Shown: in pieces, positions 58,308 through 64,000 of the stretch
Layout of the letters: every line of letters starts with the position of its first letter
Numbering within the stretch: position 1 is the stretch's first letter
Assembly (NCBI GenBank): GCA_028376765.1
Contig: JAONBD010000002.1
Coordinates: 9,930-73,929 of the forward strand
Direction: 5' to 3'
DNA: 64,000 bases
From: Candidatus Kapaibacterium sp.
Lineage (GTDB): Bacteria > Bacteroidota > Ignavibacteria > Kapaibacteriales > UBA2268
Position numbers and translations under genes: made by a program
The notes under the pieces: model-generated
Databases searched by the model: none
What the model was told of the DNA's origin: nothing
The model's input: the letters and a program-made list of their open reading frames with translations, nothing else

Positions 58308-59813
58308 ATGAGCGAAAATAATAGCAGCGAGTTAGTAAAAAGAAGACTAGAAGAATTAGATCATCTTGAAAAAATGGGTGTAAATGCCTACCCATATTCA
58401 TTTGATAAAACTCATACCAGCCAAGAAATAAATGATAATTATTCTGACGAAAGTCCAGAATTATTTGAGAAAGTTGCCATAGCAGGGCGAATTATGGCTT
58501 TAAGAAGAATGGGTAAATCTACATTTTTAACGATCCAAGACCAGCAAGGTAGAATCCAAATTTGGTTCAATCAAAAATTAACTCCAGAGAAATATGACCA
58601 AATTAAACTTTGGGATATTGGAGATATTATTGGAGTTAAAGGCCCTACATTCAGAACTAAAACTGGAGAAATCACAGTAAAAGGGGCTGATTTTGAGTTG
58701 CTTACTAAATCGATAAAACCACTACCGATAGCAAAAGAAGAAGTTGATGATGAAGGAAATAAAATACTTCATGACGCATTTAGCGACAAAGAGCTTCGAT
58801 ATAGAAATAGATATACTGACTTAATTGTTAATCCTAAAATCAGAGAAGTTTTTACAAAAAGATCTTTGATTATTTCTGAAATGAGAAGATACTTTGATTC
58901 AAATGGGTGGATGGAAGTAGAAACACCAATTTTACAATCAATTTATGGTGGTGCTGCTGCAAGACCATTTTCTACTCACCACAATACATTAGATATATCT
59001 ATGTATATGCGAATTGCTCTTGAACTTTATTTAAAAAGATTACTAGTAGGTGGTTTTGAAGGGGTTTACGAGATTAGTAAAAATTTCAGAAACGAAGGAA
59101 TGGATAAAAATCACAATCCAGAATTCACCATGATGGAAATTTATGTTGCCTACAAAGATTATAATTGGTGCATGGATATGACCGAAGACCTAATTAAAAC
59201 CTTAGCAAATAAAGCAAATGGCAACTTAATCCTAAATGTTGATGAAATTGAAGTAGATCTAAGCGAGTCTTTTGAAAGGACTCCTTGGTTTGCTCTAATT
59301 AAGAAATACACTGGTATGGATCTATTTGGAAAGTCAAAAGATGAATTACTAGGAGATGCCAAAACATTAGGGGTTCACGTAGAATCAACTGATTCTAAAA
59401 CAAAAATTCTTGATGAAATATTTTCTGAAAAGGTCGAAAACAACCTACAAAAGCCAACTTTTGTAACTGATTTCCCATTAGAGATGTCACCTCTAGCTAA
59501 AAAACATAGAAGCACCGAAGGACTTGTTGAAAGGTTCGAGCTTTATATGTTTGGTCAGGAAGTTGGTAACTCATTTTCTGAATTGAACGACCCACGAGAT
59601 CAAAGAGCTAGATTTGAAGAGCAAGCAAAAGACAAAGCAGCTGGCGATGAAGATGCAATGATGTTAGATGAAGATTTCCTAAATGCTATTGAAGTTGGAA
59701 TGCCTCCAGCTGCTGGTTTAGGTATCGGGATTGATCGATTAGTAATGATGCTAACTGGACAATCTTCTATAAGGGATGTACTATTCTTCCCGCAAATGAA
59801 ACCTAGAAAATAG
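58308..59813 (+). CDS. lysS: Lysine--tRNA ligase (class II)
   Basis: Motifs [33 protein letters not shown] and [12 protein letters not shown]. Confidence 0.95.
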   Translation: MSENNSSELVKRRLEELDHLEKMGVNAYPYSFDKTHTSQEINDNYSDESPELFEKVAIAGRIMALRRMGKSTFLTIQDQQGRIQIWFNQKLTPEKYDQIKLWDIGDIIGVKGPTFRTKTGEITVKGADFELLTKSIKPLPIAKEEVDDEGNKILHDAFSDKELRYRNRYTDLIVNPKIREVFTKRSLIISEMRRYFDSNGWMEVETPILQSIYGGAAARPFSTHHNTLDISMYMRIALELYLKRLLVGGFEGVYEISKNFRNEGMDKNHNPEFTMMEIYVAYKDYNWCMDMTEDLIKTLANKANGNLILNVDEIEVDLSESFERTPWFALIKKYTGMDLFGKSKDELLGDAKTLGVHVESTDSKTKILDEIFSEKVENNLQKPTFVTDFPLEMSPLAKKHRSTEGLVERFELYMFGQEVGNSFSELNDPRDQRARFEEQAKDKAAGDEDAMMLDEDFLNAIEVGMPPAAGLGIGIDRLVMMLTGQSSIRDVLFFPQMKPRK

Positions 59814-59842
59814 GTATGATATTATTAAAGATTAACTGTACT

Positions 59843-59876
59843 TGGCTGATTTTACTAAAAATGAATCAGCCATTTA
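59843..59876. terminator. Bidirectional terminator-like hairpin between convergent lysS and the 141-aa gene
   Basis: TGGCTGATT (59843-51) pairs with AATCAGCCA (59864-72), a perfect 9-bp stem with a 12-nt loop. Only a short T-run follows. Confidence 0.55.
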
Positions 59877-59877
59877 T

Positions 59878-60303
59878 TTAAACTTTTGTTAATTCTAATA
59901 GTTCAATATTATCTATTCCGCATTTATCTTTTGCCAAACAATCTGTAAATTTATTTTCTAAAACAAAGTTTGAACCATCGAAATTAATATTAAATATTTC
60001 TATAGTATCACCTTGATATTCTATTTCAATTTCAGAATTGGCAAGCAAGAATGTTTTTTCAGCTTTGCTAATTATTCCCAATAATTTTGAGGGTGTAAGT
60101 CTATGATTATAATCGTCAGCAACCCACAACTGAAAAGATATTTTTTCTTCATGTCTTAGAGTACCACCACAATCTATGTAGTCTTTTGTTAACTTTGCTA
60201 TCTCAGTTAAGTGAAAATGTTTTGGAATAATTTCATTATTTGACTTACAGATGTTTATAGTTTCTAATTTTTTGAGCGTATCCTTTAATTCAGAAAGTTT
60301 CAT
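59878..60303 (-). CDS. Hypothetical protein resembling the DUF6428 family
   Basis: Pattern MKLSELK..L..LE......N...IP.HFH.TE......DYIDCGGT.R.E.K..FQLW...D..HRL.P.KLL.II recalled from DUF6428 proteins. Assignment is from memory only. Confidence 0.4.
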   Translation of the reverse strand: MKLSELKDTLKKLETINICKSNNEIIPKHFHLTEIAKLTKDYIDCGGTLRHEEKISFQLWVADDYNHRLTPSKLLGIISKAEKTFLLANSEIEIEYQGDTIEIFNINFDGSNFVLENKFTDCLAKDKCGIDNIELLELTKV

Positions 60304-60432
60304 TCTATTTTCTCGTTCTATTTTTAAAGATAAGTCAAAATCGTATTAGTACCATTTCTATTTTTATAAATTTTATTCCAACACAATTAATTTATTTACG
60401 TATTAGTCAAATAACAAATAACGGACAATAAA

Positions 60433-60969
60433 ATGAGAACTCTTCTACTAATACTTGCACTTGGTTTTCTATCATTTAGTTGCGACGATGACAATCAACC
60501 AGTTGTTAATTACAGTTACGATATCGACGCACAAAATATATTCTTTTCAGTCAATAATACTTCTTGGAATTATGATAATTCTACCGGTAGCTGGTTCTAC
60601 ACATTCAATACAGACATCATTGATAAATTTGCAGTAGATTTTGGAGTTGTCCTTGTCTACATGGCGGATTTAAACTCGAATTCTGATAGATGGAGATCTA
60701 TCCCGAGAACAGAAATTTATTACCATACCGATACAACTGGCGGTGTAAATATTGGAGACTTCAACTATTCAATTGAATATGGTTATTGGTTTGGACCAGG
60801 TTACCTTGAACTTGAAATGTACCACTCTAACCCTACCGAGTTTTTCCCTGATTTTGACGCAGATTTCAAACTTTTAGTCCTAAGTGAATTAGAGGCTAAA
60901 ACATTAAAAGAAAATGGAATTAACACTTCTAATTATAATGATGTTAAAAACGCACTTAACTTAAAATAA
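60433..60969 (+). CDS. Hypothetical lipoprotein
   Basis: Signal peptide with lipobox LSFSC. No family recognised. Confidence 0.45.
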   Translation: MRTLLLILALGFLSFSCDDDNQPVVNYSYDIDAQNIFFSVNNTSWNYDNSTGSWFYTFNTDIIDKFAVDFGVVLVYMADLNSNSDRWRSIPRTEIYYHTDTTGGVNIGDFNYSIEYGYWFGPGYLELEMYHSNPTEFFPDFDADFKLLVLSELEAKTLKENGINTSNYNDVKNALNLK

Positions 60970-60971
60970 AT

Positions 60972-61523
60972 ATGAAAATATATACAAAAACTGGCGATGA
61001 TGGCACAACTGGTCTATTTAATGGAGCTAGAGTCAAAAAATCCAATATTAGAGTAGAGCTATACGGAACTACCGATGAGCTCAATTCTATTATTGGTTTG
61101 GCTACTTCATCAACTCCTAATTCTAAAATTAATAATCATTTAGAAATAATTAATAATTGGATTTTCAACCTTGGATCTGATTTAGCAACTCCATTAAATC
61201 CGCCACCAAAGTTTGATGTTCCAAGGATTAACGAGAAAAATATTAACTGGTTAGAAACCAAAATTGATGAATATGACAAAAGCCTTGAACCATTAAAAAC
61301 TTTCATTTTACCTGGTGGATGTAAGCAATCAGCTTTTTTACATCAAGCCAGAACAGTTTGCAGAAGAGCCGAAAGGATTTGTGTAGATTTATCTCAAAAT
61401 GAAGATTTAGGAAGTTATTCTCTAAAGTTTCTAAACCGACTATCGGACTATTTATTTACAGCTGCTAGATATGCTAATTTCCTTCACGATATTGAGGATA
61501 AAAAATGGAATAAAGATATTTAA
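60972..61523 (+). CDS. ATP:cob(I)alamin adenosyltransferase, PduO type
   Basis: N-terminal MKIYTKTGDDGTTGL and later LPGG....A.LH.ARTVCRRAER. Confidence 0.85.
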   Translation: MKIYTKTGDDGTTGLFNGARVKKSNIRVELYGTTDELNSIIGLATSSTPNSKINNHLEIINNWIFNLGSDLATPLNPPPKFDVPRINEKNINWLETKIDEYDKSLEPLKTFILPGGCKQSAFLHQARTVCRRAERICVDLSQNEDLGSYSLKFLNRLSDYLFTAARYANFLHDIEDKKWNKDI

Positions 61524-61560
61524 CTTGAATTAATAATTCTTTTTTTTGTAATTAATTTAC

Positions 61561-62076
61561 TTATTTATAAAGTGAATAGATTCTTGCTAATTGTTTATCT
61601 TCAATAATATCTTTTTCATATTTAAATTTAAGCTTTTCAAGAACTCTAATTGAACCAATATTTCCAGGTAGTACCATTGCTATCAATTTTTTTAATTCTA
61701 GTTTATTAAATCCCATTTTAACAACAGCTATGGAAGATTCTGTAGCAATACCTCTCCCCCAATATTCCTTCATAAACCTATATCCTAAATCAACTTCATT
61801 TAAATCCTCAAGATATTTTAGTCCAGTAAAACCAATAAATTTATTTTCTTCTTTTAATTCGACTGCAAGCCTACCAAAACCATGTTTTTTATAATCTCCA
61901 AATACATTTTCTACAATCCTTCTTTCAATTTCTTTTTTAGAAACTACCCCGCCATCACCAGTGTATTTGCTTACTTCCTCATCCAAATTCATTTCATAAG
62001 ATGGTTCAATATCTTCCAATGTAAATGGTCGAATTAGAAGTCTGTCTGTTTCGATATATAAATTTTGATTTAGCAT
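61561..62076 (-). CDS. GNAT family N-acetyltransferase (RimJ/RimL-like)
   Basis: N-terminal TDRLLIRPFTLEDIE, then WGRGIATES and NIGSIRVLEKLKFKYE. Confidence 0.8.
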   Translation of the reverse strand: MLNQNLYIETDRLLIRPFTLEDIEPSYEMNLDEEVSKYTGDGGVVSKKEIERRIVENVFGDYKKHGFGRLAVELKEENKFIGFTGLKYLEDLNEVDLGYRFMKEYWGRGIATESSIAVVKMGFNKLELKKLIAMVLPGNIGSIRVLEKLKFKYEKDIIEDKQLARIYSLYK

Positions 62077-62203
62077 TATATATTTATGATATATTTCATA
62101 ATAGAATTTTTTTCAAACTAATAATCAGAACCCTAAAAAACAACAAGCTTTTATTGTTATTCCATTTTAATAGAATTGTTTGAATTTACCATTTCCTTCC
62201 TTT

Positions 62204-62255
62204 TGGTTACATCTGGTAACACTTGGTAACACTTTTTCGCTTTTTAAGTGTTACC
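62204..62255. repeat. Three tandem 10-nt units followed by an inverted copy (iteron-like array / 10-bp-stem hairpin)
   Basis: The units TGGTTACATC (62204-13), TGGTAACACT (62214-23) and TGGTAACACT (62224-33) are directly adjacent. GGTAACACTT (62225-34) pairs perfectly with AAGTGTTACC (62246-55) across an 11-nt loop. Confidence 0.8.
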
Positions 62256-62481
62256 ACCCGTCCTTTTTCAAGTTCTCACACTCATTGCGGCAGCTTGATT
62301 TTTTGAGCGTAAGCTACGCAACCAATAACAAAATACAAGAAAACCATTTATCCAAATTATATAAATAGTTTGTAGGATATAGTGGTAAACATCTTTCATT
62401 AGACTAACACTTACATAACATAATATCCCAAATCCTATTTTTTCTTAAATTGTAATTGTACTAACAAACAATAGAACCACT

Positions 62482-62760
62482 ATGAAAAACATAATAATCA
62501 TTCTAATACTAGCATTAAGCTACAATAGCTCCGCAAAGCTCCGAGGACAAGCACGAATTGATTCACTAGAAGCTGAATTACCTAATGCAAAAACTGATTC
62601 TAATCATTTGAAATTGTTAAATAGCTTATCTTTAGCTTTTTATAGAGTTAATCCTGATAAACGGATTAAATATCGAGAAGAAGGACTTGCTCTCGCAAAA
62701 GATATTAATTGGAAAATGGGTAGAGCAATAAATTACAATTCATTAGGGGTAATAAAATGA
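62482..62760 (+). pseudogene. Probable N-terminal remnant of a TPR-containing sensor/regulator
   Basis: A signal/anchor segment plus ..IDSLEAELPNAKTDSNHLKLLNSLSLAFYRVNPDK.IKY.EEGLALAKDINWKMGRAINYNSLGV. This resembles the first ~90 aa of much longer Bacteroidota-type TPR sensor proteins, and it stops within the first TPR. Confidence 0.3.
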
Positions 62761-62975
62761 ATAAAACATTGTACAACATTTTAGTTCTTTTGTTCCTTAG
62801 CGGTTGTTCAAACAATTTTAATTTCGACAATTATCTAAGAAAAAATGGCTGTGACTCCGTAAGTATTTCGAATATGGCAGATTCATTCTTGTATTTTAAT
62901 GGAGAAAATTCCTCGAGTTATAATATTATTATTCAAAATAATTTTGATTCAATTGAATTAACTATTGAACGATAA
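62757..62975 (+). CDS. Small hypothetical lipoprotein, possibly interrupted by an in-frame stop
   Basis: Lipobox LLFLSGC. After TAA 62973-75 the same frame stays open for 34 more protein-like codons, up to the TAA at 63078-80. Confidence 0.3.
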   Translation: MNKTLYNILVLLFLSGCSNNFNFDNYLRKNGCDSVSISNMADSFLYFNGENSSSYNIIIQNNFDSIELTIER

Positions 62976-63442
62976 ATATCTCTTAGAAAAGAAACTTATT
63001 ATCCAATTCTTGGAGGTGAAAATAATATTATTGTTAATAAAAAGGATTTCAAAATCACCCAAATTTACTTTACGCAATAAAGGAGTATTTATAATACTAA
63101 AGTAAATTTTATTTTTAACGTTAGTTTCAAACTATATTTTTTCTTAAACCTATCAATAAGATGATAATGGGAAATTTTGGACGAACTAAATGTTGATCAG
63201 AAAGATATTTTAATTGATAAATATGCAAATGATATTTTTAATAAATCAGAACTTTATTCATGTGTTTCAGACAAAATTAGAGTTGCAACTATATCCAATT
63301 AACCTACGATAATAAACACCTCTGAAAATATGATTACAAGAAATCAATAAATATTACAATAAATTGGTATTAATTACCTATCAATTGTTTTTAATAATTT
63401 CCGTAGCTTGAGTAAAAAGTAAATCAACAAATTCAAAAATAT

Positions 63443-64000
63443 ATGAAACTATTTAATAAATCACTAATCCTATTGGCATGTTTAATCAATGCAGCATGCT
63501 CTAATGCCGATAAAGAAAATACAGAAATCGTTAGCTATGCTAACGATAGTCATTCCTATGCTAAACCTAGTGAAGCGATTGCTAAACATTTATCCTTAGA
63601 TATTGTTGTAGATTTTGATAAGAAAATTGTATCAGGAATCGCAGATTATACCATAGAAAATAATGGTGGTAATGAAATTATTTTTGACACCAAAAATTTA
63701 ATTATCCATAAAGCTACAGTCGATGGCAAAGATGTATCTTTTTCTTTAGGTGCTGATAATCCAATTCTAGGGCAACCACTTTCAATACCCATCAATAATG
63801 ATTCAAAACTAGTTTCTATAAAGTATGAAACAACTGATAAAACAGAAGCATTACAGTTTTTGAACCCACAACAAACAGCAGATAAAAAGTTTCCTTTTTT
63901 ATTAACTCAAGGGCAGGCAATTTTAACAAGAACTTGGATTCCTATTCAGGATAGTCCACAAATTAGATTAACCTATTCTGCAAACGTAAAAGTACCAAAA
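63443..64000 (+). CDS. M1 family aminopeptidase (leukotriene-A4-hydrolase-like), lipoprotein, 3'-partial
   Basis: Not in the ORF track because it runs off the window. N-terminus MKLFNKSLILLACLINAAC (lipobox). EALQFLNPQQTADKKFPFLLTQGQAILTRTWIPIQDSPQIRLTYSANVKVPK closely parallels the LTA4H N-terminal domain. Confidence 0.8.
   Translation, partial: MKLFNKSLILLACLINAACSNADKENTEIVSYANDSHSYAKPSEAIAKHLSLDIVVDFDKKIVSGIADYTIENNGGNEIIFDTKNLIIHKATVDGKDVSFSLGADNPILGQPLSIPINNDSKLVSIKYETTDKTEALQFLNPQQTADKKFPFLLTQGQAILTRTWIPIQDSPQIRLTYSANVKVPK

Noticed and set aside
1-64000. Search for CRISPR arrays, tRNA/rRNA/tmRNA genes, transposases, integrases, toxin-antitoxin pairs and reverse transcriptases.
   Set aside because: I saw no regularly spaced direct repeats and no cloverleaf-capable GC-rich segments in any gap over 70 nt. 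No ORF carries the corresponding catalytic motifs. The only integrase-like hint, an Arm-type VTLKKRK string on the minus strand near 62230, is about 20 codons long and ends in a stop.

Overview
AT-rich, densely coded bacterial chromosome segment with about 55 genes and mostly short or overlapping gene junctions. I found no rRNA, tRNA, CRISPR array, transposase, integrase or recognisable defence gene by eye. The content points to the FCB group, an Ignavibacteria/Bacteroidota-like lineage. Eight proteins end in a T9SS-type (Por_Secre_tail / FlgD-Ig-like) C-terminal sorting domain. Shine-Dalgarno sequences (AGGAG/GGAGA) are nevertheless clearly used. Well-supported housekeeping genes are pepF, cobB, alr, ftsY, radA, rsmA, infC-rpmI-rplT, lysS, rimK, sixA, tsaC/sua5 and a PduO-type adenosyltransferase. 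Between them sit very large secreted proteins of 985, 1631 and 1372 aa. The most interesting locus is an ~11 kb plus-strand unit at ~41.1-52.1 kb. A long intergenic region there carries a near-consensus sigma-54 (-24/-12) promoter. It is followed by a Gly/Thr/Asn-rich secreted protein, two mutually exclusive hairpins (one an intrinsic terminator), a protein ending in a dockerin-like Ca-loop, a translationally coupled T9SS-anchored protein, an OmpA-family barrel, a receiver-only response regulator and a CHASE-PAS histidine kinase. The kinase's ATP-binding motifs look degenerate, and the unit ends at a strong terminator. I read this as a candidate uncharacterised cell-surface fibril/adhesin module. 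That reading is inference from motifs only. Other items of note: a frameshifted rimB-like gene upstream of rimK, a gene-decay patch at 62.1-63.4 kb containing a 10-bp-periodic repeat array, a di-haem peroxidase with a T9SS tail, a PorE-like lipoprotein, and a likely non-canonical start codon. All family assignments come from motif recognition by eye, and no searches were run.
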